From Candidatus Thorarchaeota archaeon (GTDB taxonomy: Archaea; Asgardarchaeota; Thorarchaeia; Thorarchaeales; Thorarchaeaceae), in contig JAFGAR010000146.1 of the NCBI GenBank assembly GCA_016933575.1, forward strand, positions 32,001-96,000: a stretch of 64,000 nucleotides of DNA. The letters are read 5' to 3'. This document shows, in pieces, positions 11,122-20,773 of this stretch. Position numbers and translations under genes: made by a program. Every line of letters starts with the position of its first letter. Positions within the stretch are counted from its first letter, which is position 1. Below the pieces are notes generated by a model. That model was not told the origin of the DNA, ran no database searches, and worked only from the letters and a program-made list of their open reading frames with translations.

Positions 11122-12150
11122 ATGAATACGATTGAGATCGAAGAAGAATTGGACCTTTACGGTGACCTACCTGATGATGTTGTAGTCAGTGTCAATGATT
11201 GCTACAAGATCTACAAAGCACAGGAACTTGAGGTCGTTGCACTCAGCGGAGTCTCCCTTCAGATTCTTGAAGGAAAGATCATGGCTGTTGTTGGTCCAAG
11301 CGGTAGCGGCAAGACCACGCTGATTAATGTGATTGGTGGCATTACAAAGGCCACAGTGGGAAAGGTCTACTGGGCTAATCTCAGAACTGACATCACAAAG
11401 CTCAGCGAGCGAGTTCTAACTGAGGCGCGACGGAACTTTATTGGATTCCATTTCCAACTGAATAATCTACTACCTCATCTAAATGCGTGGCAAAATGTAG
11501 AACTAGCTGCTAGAATTGCTGGAGTTCCCCGTCAGATCCGAAAGGAACGAGTAAATCGTCTGATCAAGATGGTTGGACTTGAGGAACGAAAACGGAACAA
11601 GGCAACAACTCTTAGTGGTGGTGAGAAATCTCGAGTAGCAATTGCAAGTGCTCTTGTTAATCTTATTGACACTGAAGGAAAAGGCCTCGTCCTATGCGAC
11701 GAACCTACCGGGGATCTTGACCCAGAGACCGGTGAACGTATTCTTGACCTCTTCCAAGAACTGAATGAGACCATTGGAACGTCCTTCTTCATCGTCACAC
11801 ATAGTCAACAAGTGGCTTCGAAGGCAGATGTCACAGTGGAGCTGCGTGACGGTGTCATTTCCGGGTTCCATCAGGCTGGTATTGACCTTGACATGCTGGA
11901 TACAACTCGAATCGTGCGATTGGATGACAAGTCTCGACTCCCTATGCCCACTGACCTTCTTGACCTGGCTGGCAATCCTCGCGAGTTTAGGTTGAGTTAC
12001 ACTGACAACAAGTTTGTCCTCGTCCCACAGACTGATGATGTTGTGGATACAATGCGGGCAAAGAAGGCAAGGACCTGCAGGGTCTGCGGTTCAGAGATTC
12101 CCGGTGGCAAGTTCATCTGTCCCAACTGCGGAAGCCAAGTTGTAGTCTAG
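11122..12150 (+). CDS. ABC ATP-binding protein with C-terminal AbrB-like segment and zinc ribbon
   Basis: GPSGSGKTT, LSGGE, LCDEPTGDLD; tail RLDDKSRLPMP and CRVC...CPNC. Confidence 0.9.
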   Translation: MNTIEIEEELDLYGDLPDDVVVSVNDCYKIYKAQELEVVALSGVSLQILEGKIMAVVGPSGSGKTTLINVIGGITKATVGKVYWANLRTDITKLSERVLTEARRNFIGFHFQLNNLLPHLNAWQNVELAARIAGVPRQIRKERVNRLIKMVGLEERKRNKATTLSGGEKSRVAIASALVNLIDTEGKGLVLCDEPTGDLDPETGERILDLFQELNETIGTSFFIVTHSQQVASKADVTVELRDGVISGFHQAGIDLDMLDTTRIVRLDDKSRLPMPTDLLDLAGNPREFRLSYTDNKFVLVPQTDDVVDTMRAKKARTCRVCGSEIPGGKFICPNCGSQVVV

Positions 12151-12266
12151 GCTGTCGTCTATTGATAATATGAACAATAGTCAACTCCAATCGACTGACT
12201 TACTCCCCGAAGGGTCTGTACCTAGAAACAAACCTGCTACCTATGCGTGAGAAATGATGAAATTGA

Positions 12267-12686
12267 TTACTGATGACTTGCCTCTGGCGAATCGCTCCGG
12301 TCGAGCAGTGAGACAAACTCTTCAATACATCTCCAAGTAGCCATATACTTTCTAATCCTACGACGAACTCCTTGGAGTGTCTTTGCCCCACTCAATTCAA
12401 GTTCCTTCTCAAGGTATCGAAAAATCTTCATCCCTTCTCTATCATAATCCGTAAGGATTAGTACATTCCCTTTTTTCCCAGCAACTTCAACAATCTTCTC
12501 TACAATGCGGTGCCTTGGGAGGCTTGATTGTGTCTTGATAATAGGCGCTTTTACACCAAGACTGCGAAGAATAGCGACATCACGATTTCCTTCCACAACA
12601 ATGATGAGATTCTCATATTTTGCATCAAGACTCTGGAGAATCTCAAGTAGTGCACGTTCGTTGTCTTGTAGTTTAGTTGGTCTCAT
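12267..12686 (-). CDS. Small Toprim-domain protein
   Basis: IVVEGNRD and ILTDYDREG Toprim motifs; start uncertain (ORF extends to 12764). Confidence 0.85.
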   Translation of the reverse strand: MRPTKLQDNERALLEILQSLDAKYENLIIVVEGNRDVAILRSLGVKAPIIKTQSSLPRHRIVEKIVEVAGKKGNVLILTDYDREGMKIFRYLEKELELSGAKTLQGVRRRIRKYMATWRCIEEFVSLLDRSDSPEASHQ

Positions 12687-12774
12687 ATGTCTTTTCTCTG
12701 GAGTTCCGGTTAGTTCTCCTTTTCTTCTCTGTGAATCCACATTCTTTCTACCCAAGGGGTGCACCTGATATCTT

Positions 12775-13818
12775 CTAAGGTGAGATTGAGACCTTCATGC
12801 TTTTTCCAGCACTCATCATCTCTAATGCTTCATTTATTCGTTCAAGCGGCATATCATGAGATATCAATAGGTCTGGATTGACATCCTTTGCTATGATAAG
12901 TTGAAGGGCTTGCTCGACATGTCTTGGTTTGAGATGGAACACTCCCTTCAGAGTGAGCTGGCCATAATGGAATCGAACCGTATCTACCTCAAAGGTAGTT
13001 CCTGAAGCAGCTCCGCCAAAGAGCACTGTAGTTCCCGCATCCCGGGTCATATCTACTGCCTGTTCCCATAATTTTGGTAGACCCACCGCCTCAATGACCA
13101 CGTCTGCACCTCTTCCTGAGGTCTCTTCCTTCACTCGTTCAACCGGGTCCTCATTAGCTGGATTGATGGCAATATCCGCTCCCGCCTTCTCCGCAATATC
13201 ACGTCTGAAGTCCGCAAGATCTGAGACAATCACAGTGGAGGCTCCACTCTTCTTTGCGAGCATCACCATCATCTGTCCAATCGGTCCAGCTCCAATGACC
13301 ACTACGGTATCACCCAGTCTGATATTTGCTTCTTCAATCCCATGAACCACACAGGCTAATGGTTCTGTCAGAGCTGCGTCTCTGAAGGATAAGGTGTCTG
13401 GAATCTGATGTGTGTTCCATCGAACAACCTCTTTTGGCACGCGGATATACTCAGCAAAGGCTCCATTCACAAGACTGTCTTTCAGTTTCGCACATAGGTT
13501 TGGCATGTCCCGCTTACAGAAATAGCAATCCCCACAGGGAGCTGAATTTGTGGCAACAACACGCATCCCGGGCTTGAACTTCTCTACTCCTTCGCCCACT
13601 GCCTCAATTGTTCCTGCATATTCATGCCCAAAGAGGGCAGGAGTATGTTTGATCAATATCGGATGTCCTCTCTTGTAGGTCTTGACATCAGTACCACAGG
13701 TTAGTGCTTTTCCTATCTTGATGAGGAGTTCCCCTGGACCTGCCTTGGGAATGTCAGTCTCCTCATACCTGACATCTCCGATTCCATAGTACATTGCAGC
13801 TCTCATCTTTCCAGACAT
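12775..13818 (-). CDS. Zn-dependent MDR dehydrogenase (threonine/iditol DH-like)
   Basis: CGTD, GHEYAG, CGDCYFC structural Zn site, GAGPIG. Confidence 0.9.
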   Translation of the reverse strand: MSGKMRAAMYYGIGDVRYEETDIPKAGPGELLIKIGKALTCGTDVKTYKRGHPILIKHTPALFGHEYAGTIEAVGEGVEKFKPGMRVVATNSAPCGDCYFCKRDMPNLCAKLKDSLVNGAFAEYIRVPKEVVRWNTHQIPDTLSFRDAALTEPLACVVHGIEEANIRLGDTVVVIGAGPIGQMMVMLAKKSGASTVIVSDLADFRRDIAEKAGADIAINPANEDPVERVKEETSGRGADVVIEAVGLPKLWEQAVDMTRDAGTTVLFGGAASGTTFEVDTVRFHYGQLTLKGVFHLKPRHVEQALQLIIAKDVNPDLLISHDMPLERINEALEMMSAGKSMKVSISP

Positions 13819-13923
13819 GACAATCCCATCAATGCCACTCAATGTCCGTTTAAATGACTTCCTGACGAACCCTACCGGAATCCTAATCACCATGTTCTTG
13901 AAGAGAGTCCTTGGCGCTTGACA

Positions 13924-14376
13924 ATGAGATTGAAGTCAAAATATCCCGAGAAGATAGAGTACCATTCTAGCTCTGAATGGGATGGTACGACTGGTGGTAC
14001 TGCCACAGTCAGTAATGGTCGAAAGATTATCTACGACACTCCTGAGACCTATGGTGGTCGAGGTGATGGTATCTGTCCCGATGAACTCTTCGTGTCTGCT
14101 GTTCTTGGTTGTCTCAACAATACATTCCTTGACTTCCAACGTCGGTTTGAGATGGATCTGAGAAAGTTGGACCTGAAGGGAACCGCGACTGCAATCTTCG
14201 ATGGAACGGGGTACAAGATCACTGGCGTCAGTATCTCAGGTGAGGTTGTTGTTGGAGAGGATGAACTAGGGACCGGCGAACGATGCGTGCAACTCATGAA
14301 AGAATACTGCCATCTAACTCGTACCATCAAGACCTGTATACCCTTCACTTATGATATCTCTGTCCGGGAGGAATAG
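13924..14376 (+). CDS. OsmC/Ohr family protein
   Basis: GICPDELFVSAVLGC and EYCHL cysteines. Confidence 0.85.
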   Translation: MRLKSKYPEKIEYHSSSEWDGTTGGTATVSNGRKIIYDTPETYGGRGDGICPDELFVSAVLGCLNNTFLDFQRRFEMDLRKLDLKGTATAIFDGTGYKITGVSISGEVVVGEDELGTGERCVQLMKEYCHLTRTIKTCIPFTYDISVREE

Positions 14377-14377
14377 C

Positions 14378-14869
14378 CTAGGACTTCAGTTCCTCCATGA
14401 GGTCAGCAATTCGTACCATATAGTCATCGATATTGGTCCATTGCCCTCCTTGGAAGAAGACACTTTTGCAGTACTTGCAATACCAAAATTCTTGATAGTA
14501 ATTGTAGGTCTGGTCAGGAACAAGGTCTTTTATCTGAGCCTTTTCAGTGCCTTCAACGTGGATAAGGTCTCCATTGCATTTTGTACATCGTGATATTGCA
14601 GGGTCTGCTTTTGGTTCAATTCCATACTTGAGAAATACACTTGCTACCTCTTCGTCAACACTTCCCCTCACAAGCATTGTTTCTATACCTTCATTTGATG
14701 CACGTGTTGAGAGAATTGCATCGGATGTGAGCAGGATTCTATTCTGTTCCTTTGCAATACGAAGGAGTTCATCATCATGTACCTTTGTTGAATAGAAAGT
14801 ATCGTATCCTGTGAGTCGAAGCCAAGTTGCAAGCTTGCCAAGCATGGCATCTACAATGAACGTCTTCAT
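14378..14869 (-). CDS. Mut7-C RNase (PIN-like) domain protein
   Basis: FIVDAMLGKLATWLRLTGYDT, RCTKCNG, CKYC. Confidence 0.9.
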   Translation of the reverse strand: MKTFIVDAMLGKLATWLRLTGYDTFYSTKVHDDELLRIAKEQNRILLTSDAILSTRASNEGIETMLVRGSVDEEVASVFLKYGIEPKADPAISRCTKCNGDLIHVEGTEKAQIKDLVPDQTYNYYQEFWYCKYCKSVFFQGGQWTNIDDYMVRIADLMEELKS

Positions 14870-15771
14870 GATCTCTCACCAAAGAAAATCCGTGCAGCAT
14901 TCCTCGACATAACTTTCTCGATCTCCTCACTCGTGATCTGAGGATATCCAATATCTGTCAGTTCATCTGGAAGTCTAAGATTACTAAAGAACTCAACCCA
15001 TTGCTCTAGAGGCATAGCATATTCAAAGAGCGGAAAATCACTCCCAAATATTAGTCTATTCGGAAAGACTCGTGATATCTTTGCCTCTGCTATCATCTGA
15101 TAGACTTTCATTGGTACTCGTGAGGCGAAGACTTGCCATCCCGAAACATCAACAGAAACGTTCGGACTCTTCGAAGCAACCATCAATGCTTCGTCGGTCC
15201 ATGGTACACCAACATGTGCCAGTACTATCTTTAGGTCTGGAAAGTCCGCTGCAACCTTGTCAACGTAGACTGGTTGTCCATATTTCACATGCTTGAATCG
15301 TGATGTAAAGCCGGTATGAATGACAATGGGAATGTTCAGCTCAACGCATCTCTCGTAGTATGGATAGAACTTGTCATCATCTGGATAGAATCCATTCGGA
15401 GGATATATCTTCCACCCACGACAGTCCTTCTCCATGACAGCGCGCTCAAGTTCGATGAGTCCCTCTTCTCCTCTACGAGGGTCAATTCCAACAAAGGTGA
15501 TTATGTCTGGATACTTGGCGACCTCATCAGCATGCCAGTTCGTCTTCGCCTGAAGACTAAGAGGCATTGTCTGCGAGAGTCCACTATCAATGGGCAGCAC
15601 TACAGCTCGGTCAACGTGACCTCTCTCCATGGCTATCTTCAGAGATTCTATGGGTGAATCAAGCTGCGGTTCGATACCAGCTCGTTCAGCTGCTATCTCA
15701 CGAGCTCTTCTGTCCTTTTCGCTAATGATATCCTTTGTCCAAGTATGGGTGTGTGCATCTATAATACGCAA
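14866..15771 (-). CDS. Amidohydrolase family 2 protein
   Basis: IDAHTH, IHTG, LAHVG, FGSDFP. Confidence 0.9.
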   Translation of the reverse strand: MRIIDAHTHTWTKDIISEKDRRAREIAAERAGIEPQLDSPIESLKIAMERGHVDRAVVLPIDSGLSQTMPLSLQAKTNWHADEVAKYPDIITFVGIDPRRGEEGLIELERAVMEKDCRGWKIYPPNGFYPDDDKFYPYYERCVELNIPIVIHTGFTSRFKHVKYGQPVYVDKVAADFPDLKIVLAHVGVPWTDEALMVASKSPNVSVDVSGWQVFASRVPMKVYQMIAEAKISRVFPNRLIFGSDFPLFEYAMPLEQWVEFFSNLRLPDELTDIGYPQITSEEIEKVMSRNAARIFFGERS

Positions 15772-15829
15772 GATAATCCCACATTGTTTTTCTCTTAAGA
15801 ACGGTTAAGGTTTCTGTACTCTTTTTGCT

Positions 15830-16687
15830 CTATGACCTGCTTACTACATCTGCAGCCTCTCGAAGTCTGTCTATCACTTCGATTGGCACTGTCATGCTTC
15901 CGAGATCATTATGGGTATTATCGCCATGAAAGTCAGTTCCACCGGTTTCTATCAGACCAAGCCCACTTGCTGCTCTCTGGACCTCTCGAATGTTGTCCTC
16001 TAAGGTAGTATCTCTATCATAATTATACACGACCTCTACTCCAATCAGACCCATGTCTTTCAATATGTGCAGTAATTCCCTTAGGTTTCCACCTGTGTAA
16101 TAGAGTGGATGTGCCAATACAGGGACTGCACCTACTTCTCGTAGTAGTCTGATACCGTCGGATATGTCTGGCCTTGCCCTCCTTACATACGCAGGCTTTC
16201 CTTCTGCCAGGTACTTTTCAAAGGCTTCGTCAATAGTATCTACGACTCCCATATCTATTAGGATTCTTGCCAGGTGAGGTCTCCCCGGTGAAGCTGCGGT
16301 CTCGAGTACTTCTCTGACATCTGAGTCCTTGATATCAAATCCCATATCTCTGAGTTTCTGAACCATCTTTGGAAATCGTGAGTGCCTATCACCTCTGAAA
16401 GCAACCAGTCTCTTCTCAAGAATCTCATCGTTCTCTGGGACATAGTATCCAAGTAGATGTAACTCGAATCCCTCGTAGTCTGTGCTGATCTCAACTCCGG
16501 GTATGCATTGAATGTCCAATCCTGCGGATGCACTGAGTAGCTCCTCATTTCCAACTATCGTATCGTGATCGGTGAGAGCAATCCCTCCTAGTCCAAGATC
16601 AATAGCCATCTCAACCAACCTTTCAGGAGGGTATACTCCATCTGAGTGACTTGAATGCAGGTGCAGGTCAGCACGGGCTTTCACCAT
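15830..16687 (-). CDS. PHP-domain metal-dependent phosphoesterase
   Basis: DLHLHSSHSDG, LTDHD, GRPH, LAHP, GGTDFHG. Confidence 0.92.
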   Translation of the reverse strand: MVKARADLHLHSSHSDGVYPPERLVEMAIDLGLGGIALTDHDTIVGNEELLSASAGLDIQCIPGVEISTDYEGFELHLLGYYVPENDEILEKRLVAFRGDRHSRFPKMVQKLRDMGFDIKDSDVREVLETAASPGRPHLARILIDMGVVDTIDEAFEKYLAEGKPAYVRRARPDISDGIRLLREVGAVPVLAHPLYYTGGNLRELLHILKDMGLIGVEVVYNYDRDTTLEDNIREVQRAASGLGLIETGGTDFHGDNTHNDLGSMTVPIEVIDRLREAADVVSRS

Positions 16688-17084
16688 GTGCAGCCTCCCA
16701 TCGTAATCTTTCAACAAGTTTTCTGACCTTATGACATATCTTTCTGATTTCTTCCCTACTTACAGTGCTCGCAGATGGGCAGTCAGTATCAACGATGCAC
16801 TTTTTCTTTCGTGAATCATAGATAATCGGGTAGTACCTGCACCCCTCCGGTCGACTCTCATAGATTATACATTTCTTTGAGTCAGGGTCATAGAAATAAC
16901 AGTGTCCATCCACATTTTTGAGTTCACAAAAACCTGCCATTACTCTGATGAGAAAGTCCTTCTTATCATACCCCAAGGCCTCTATTCTCTCTGCATCCTC
17001 CTTGGTCAATGTCATCTCAGTCTCAGTGCAGCAGATTCTGACTTCTTCACATGAGCCATCATGATTACAGACAAAGGGCGACAA
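16668..17084 (-). CDS. YkgJ-family Cys-cluster (Zn/Fe-chelating) protein
   Basis: ICC, CYFYD...CIIYESRPEGCRYYP. Confidence 0.85.
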   Translation of the reverse strand: MSPFVCNHDGSCEEVRICCTETEMTLTKEDAERIEALGYDKKDFLIRVMAGFCELKNVDGHCYFYDPDSKKCIIYESRPEGCRYYPIIYDSRKKKCIVDTDCPSASTVSREEIRKICHKVRKLVERLRWEAAHGESPC

Positions 17085-17121
17085 GTTAGGTTTGAACTCC
17101 TATACATAGTTATACTGGTAG

Positions 17122-17198
17122 ATCGGTCAGTCTGCGGTTTAACGGGTCATCGCGGTGATGAGCTCGCTCACCATCCCTGCATTCATCATCATCCCGAT
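17122..17198 (-). ncRNA. Box C/D guide sRNA (putative 16S rRNA 2'-O-methylation guide)
   Basis: Minus strand reads ATCGG-G-ATGATGA (box C) ... GCGATGA (C') CCCGTTAAACCGCAGA CTGA (box D) CCGAT. The 5-bp terminal stem has k-turn geometry; the element is intergenic with an upstream TATA-like sequence. Confidence 0.8.
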
Positions 17199-17240
17199 AA
17201 GAGTTGAAATACTCTGGAGCCTAAATATGCTTTTCAACGG

Positions 17241-17864
17241 TCACTTTTTACCACTTCGAAGTAAAGCTACCAGTCCGATGATGATTGCTAGTTCAACAAG
17301 GATTCCAGCAAGCAGATATCCTTCTATTCTGATATAGGTTGCATCAAGATCATCTAAATTATCAGAGGTTATGAAATATTCTTCTGAATCGATCCAATAA
17401 TTCCCTGGAAATGCGCCTCCCTCTTGATAAAACATCCACATGAGAAACAAACCCATATCCTTGCTGTAGAATACTTCTTCACCTTCCTCAATTCCACTCC
17501 AACACGCAAGATTATGGACAATACTCTGATTTCCAGTGATATTGAGAATATGGTCTCCAACAGTGACTAGGAGCCCAACCTCCCATGTACTAGTATTTGC
17601 CCACAATGGAAACCCGTTGATATCCTCAGAACCAAGAACCTCTGGTAATGTATTGTTTGACACATTGATGCTCACAGGAATGTATTCTTCCTCGCCTCTC
17701 CACCCAAGGGTTGAATCAAAGGTTGAGTGAGTATGCTTGTAGACTAAGGACAGTTCAATGACTCTATCATTACTCGGTACGTCTAAGAATGCTACTGGAA
17801 CGTATGATGATACAATGAGCAAGACGCAAATAGAACCAATGACTATCTTCTTTGAAATCTCCAA
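17241..17864 (-). CDS. Hypothetical membrane-anchored surface protein
   Basis: N-terminal signal/TM segment and C-terminal TM followed by RSGKK. Confidence 0.7.
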   Translation of the reverse strand: MEISKKIVIGSICVLLIVSSYVPVAFLDVPSNDRVIELSLVYKHTHSTFDSTLGWRGEEEYIPVSINVSNNTLPEVLGSEDINGFPLWANTSTWEVGLLVTVGDHILNITGNQSIVHNLACWSGIEEGEEVFYSKDMGLFLMWMFYQEGGAFPGNYWIDSEEYFITSDNLDDLDATYIRIEGYLLAGILVELAIIIGLVALLRSGKK

Positions 17865-17926
17865 TCCCTATGGAGATTTCTCTTGTATTGCTATAAATCT
17901 AATGATTCTAAGCCGATTTCTTCACT

Positions 17927-18160
17927 CTATAGACCCTTTCTTGCGAGTCTTTTCGAAGGTGATAAGTTCTTGGTGATATCACTGAAATCCTCCCCAGATG
18001 GAGGTGTGAGTGTTGGAAGTGTCTTTCCAGTCAATTTCAGGTATGTTGCTGCACGAACCCCATAGAGGTAGGAAATGAGATCTGTTGGGGGCGAGATTGC
18101 TCCAGTCCTGAGAGCACGTCTTCTTCCAAACATATCAAAGAGTCGTTCCAGTAGATTCAT
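17927..18160 (-). CDS. Hypothetical small protein (uncertain)
   Basis: 77-aa ATG ORF filling an intergenic gap; no recognisable motif. Confidence 0.35.
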   Translation of the reverse strand: MNLLERLFDMFGRRRALRTGAISPPTDLISYLYGVRAATYLKLTGKTLPTLTPPSGEDFSDITKNLSPSKRLARKGL

Positions 18161-18295
18161 CTTATTCTATCCAATCAATCCTTTGGATGGATTGCAGAAA
18201 AGAATTTGGAAGTAGACATTTGATTGTCTATCAGTACCTGAACATAACACTACGGAACAGATTATAAGAAGTCTTCCCAGTGGTGATTGAAATCG

Positions 18296-18613
18296 ATGAG
18301 TATGAAGCGTCTGTTGTGGTGGATTATTGCTGGTACCCGCGGAGGAGCGAACCGGGCAAGAATCATTACTATTCTGCATGATAGGCCATCAAATGCAAAT
18401 CAATTAGCAGAGATGCTCAATCTCGATTACAAGACCATACGTCATCATCTTGATGTCCTCACAAAGAATGGGATTATCGTTACTCAGGGGGATGGGTATG
18501 GTATGGTCTATTTTCTCTCTGTTGAAGTTGAGGAAGAGTATGCTATTTTTCAAGACATATGGGAGAGATTTGGGAAAACACGGAAAAGCAAAACCCGCTC
18601 TGAGGAGGACTAA
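18296..18613 (+). CDS. ArsR-like winged-helix transcriptional regulator
   Basis: RLLWWIIAGTRGG, PSNANQLAEMLNLDYKTIRHHLDVL; a known archaeal wHTH family. Confidence 0.88.
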   Translation: MSMKRLLWWIIAGTRGGANRARIITILHDRPSNANQLAEMLNLDYKTIRHHLDVLTKNGIIVTQGDGYGMVYFLSVEVEEEYAIFQDIWERFGKTRKSKTRSEED

Positions 18614-18615
18614 TA

Positions 18616-19038
18616 ATGAAACACACTCGATTGTTGATTTGGATTATAGTATCAGTAGTTGCAGCCATTATCTTAGGATTTATTCTATCCCCCATCGTAT
18701 TGAAACCTCCTGCTCAACCCCCGGCTCCAATCCCTCCTGAAGGTAATGACCAACTTGCGTTCCTTGTCACTCTAAAGACAATTGTTTCCTTCGTGAATAT
18801 TGCTTTGATTGCCACATTGCTTGGACTCTACTATCGGATCTACTCAGAGATACGATCACGATTCACACTCGGCCTAATCCTCCTCATCCTTGTACTTTTG
18901 ATGTATGCCATCACTTCAAATCCCCTTATTCACATTCTCTTTGGGTACTATCCCTTTGGCTTAGGACCCTTCACTGTTCTTCCTGACCTATTCTCATCCT
19001 TTGCTCTCATCGTTCTTCTCTATCTTAGCTCAGAATAG
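18616..19038 (+). CDS. Small 4-TM membrane protein, partner of the wHTH regulator
   Basis: Hydrophobic helices, RSRFTLGL, LPDLF; starts 2 bp after the regulator. Confidence 0.8.
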   Translation: MKHTRLLIWIIVSVVAAIILGFILSPIVLKPPAQPPAPIPPEGNDQLAFLVTLKTIVSFVNIALIATLLGLYYRIYSEIRSRFTLGLILLILVLLMYAITSNPLIHILFGYYPFGLGPFTVLPDLFSSFALIVLLYLSSE

Positions 19039-19129
19039 GGTAAGATTTGGGAATGATTCAGGTGAGAATTCGGTTAGAGATTATATAGTATTCACATCAA
19101 GCTCTTGCTCAGATGACATTCTAACCGAA
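19037..19129 (+). promoter_or_regulatory. Putative operator array and TATA box upstream of the GT-C gene
   Basis: About 11-bp degenerate repeats directly before TTATATA (19081-19087); TTCGGTTAGA/TCTAACCGAA inverted repeat flanks the TATA. Confidence 0.5.
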
Positions 19130-19148
19130 ACCCGGAGAAATATCTACC

Positions 19149-20648
19149 ATGACTGAGAACACGCCTCAACAAAACCAGCCGCGCCTTTTTGATAGGAGTC
19201 ATCTCCGTGACTACACACTATTCACAATTGGTCTTGGGTTCATAATCAGTCTATACTATGTCTTTTCTGGATCATTTTCAAATGGACCTGGTCGTTCACC
19301 CTCACCTCCAGGAGGCTTTAGCCCTCCTGCGGATTCTGTGGTCATGCCAAATATGCCGGGATTGATGTACAACATATGGCCTCTCTGGGGTCAGTTAGTT
19401 GTTCCATCTCTGGAAGGTGTAGCAATTGCTGTTCTAGCTATCACTCTTTTAGGCATTTCATTACTTGCTCTGAAGAAGCGCCAGTACAGGTTACCAGCTC
19501 TTCCAATTCTCCTCACGTTGGGTCTTGTCCTCATAGTCCTCACAAATCTCATACATGGATGGACTACAGGGATTGCGGATACTATTGGTGCTGCTAGTGA
19601 AATATACTCAGACATCTCTAAAGTAGTAGATCCGATATCCTTCATCTCCAACTACAACTCACTCCAAGAAATTCTCTCTCTCCACGCGCAGACCCAACCC
19701 CCAGGAGCAGTTCTTGCAATCTATCTCCTTAACTTGATATTTCAGACCCCTGCGTTCATAGCCATCGGACTCAGTGTGATCTCTGGTATTCTCTCTGCAT
19801 ACTTCATCAATGGGCTCTATACCCGACTCTTTGAAAAGGAGTCAGCAAGATATGGTGTCTTTCTCTATCTTCTATTGCCTGCAGTTCAAGTCTATTATCT
19901 GGCTAATATCTATGCTATCGTAGCGACTCTTGCCGCAGGAGCGTCGTATTTCTATTTTCATCCCAATAAGATAGTCAGTCTGATTGGCATAATAGTGACT
20001 GTGTTTCTTGGAACTTTCATCTCATTCCTCTTTGTCTATATTCCAATTCTCTTTCTGACCTATGAGTTACTGAATTCTTGGTCTACATCCCGGAATCAAC
20101 CTCTTTCCACGAGGGTGTTCCATTGGATGTTATCTCTCAATAAGATCATAGTGGCTGGAGTATGCATAGTCCTTGTCTATGCTGTCCTGTATTTTGGACT
20201 TGGTTTCAGCTATGTGCAAGCCTTTCTCTATGCGAGTTCACTTGAGAATCCTAGTGGATTCATGCTCCTAGCTAGTCCTCTCGATTATGTTGTCACTAGG
20301 TTGCAGGATATACTTGACATCGTGGTCTTCTTTGGACCCGTGTTATCTGTTTTAGCGTATCGTGGCTTGAAATCAATGAAGCTCACAATGCCTCTAGAAG
20401 AGAATGCGACCAAAACATTCAATCTTGTTGCTGCTTCTCTTGTAGCCTTGCTTCTGCTCTTCGTAACAGGAGCTCCCAAAAAGGGCGAGACCGCACGCAT
20501 CTGCATGTTCGTACTTCCGCTACTCTTGATTCCCGTACTCTACTATCTCAATAATACTGCTTTTAGTCGGGCTGAGAAGATCAAACTCCTGCTACTGGTT
20601 TTCGGGCAGGCGGTACTGCTACAGTTATTTGGTCTTTACATATGGTAG
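19149..20648 (+). CDS. Multi-pass membrane protein, GT-C (PMT-like) glycosyltransferase-like
   Basis: More than 10 TM segments, HAQTQPPG loop, GETARI motif. Confidence 0.6.
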   Translation: MTENTPQQNQPRLFDRSHLRDYTLFTIGLGFIISLYYVFSGSFSNGPGRSPSPPGGFSPPADSVVMPNMPGLMYNIWPLWGQLVVPSLEGVAIAVLAITLLGISLLALKKRQYRLPALPILLTLGLVLIVLTNLIHGWTTGIADTIGAASEIYSDISKVVDPISFISNYNSLQEILSLHAQTQPPGAVLAIYLLNLIFQTPAFIAIGLSVISGILSAYFINGLYTRLFEKESARYGVFLYLLLPAVQVYYLANIYAIVATLAAGASYFYFHPNKIVSLIGIIVTVFLGTFISFLFVYIPILFLTYELLNSWSTSRNQPLSTRVFHWMLSLNKIIVAGVCIVLVYAVLYFGLGFSYVQAFLYASSLENPSGFMLLASPLDYVVTRLQDILDIVVFFGPVLSVLAYRGLKSMKLTMPLEENATKTFNLVAASLVALLLLFVTGAPKKGETARICMFVLPLLLIPVLYYLNNTAFSRAEKIKLLLLVFGQAVLLQLFGLYIW

Positions 20649-20773
20649 AATCGTGCGGCCTCAGCCCACCCTTTTTGGGATTTTGCAGTCGTAAGAGAAT
20701 GGTCACTAAGCCAAAGCGCTAAATAGTGACCATTGTCTCACTTGGACAGCTCTTCTATGGGTGTGAAGTATAG

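Noticed and set aside
17891-17930. Amber read-through (pyrrolysine) of the 77-aa ORF
   Set aside because: It would add only 11 residues before another TAG; the region is better explained as the promoter of the next gene
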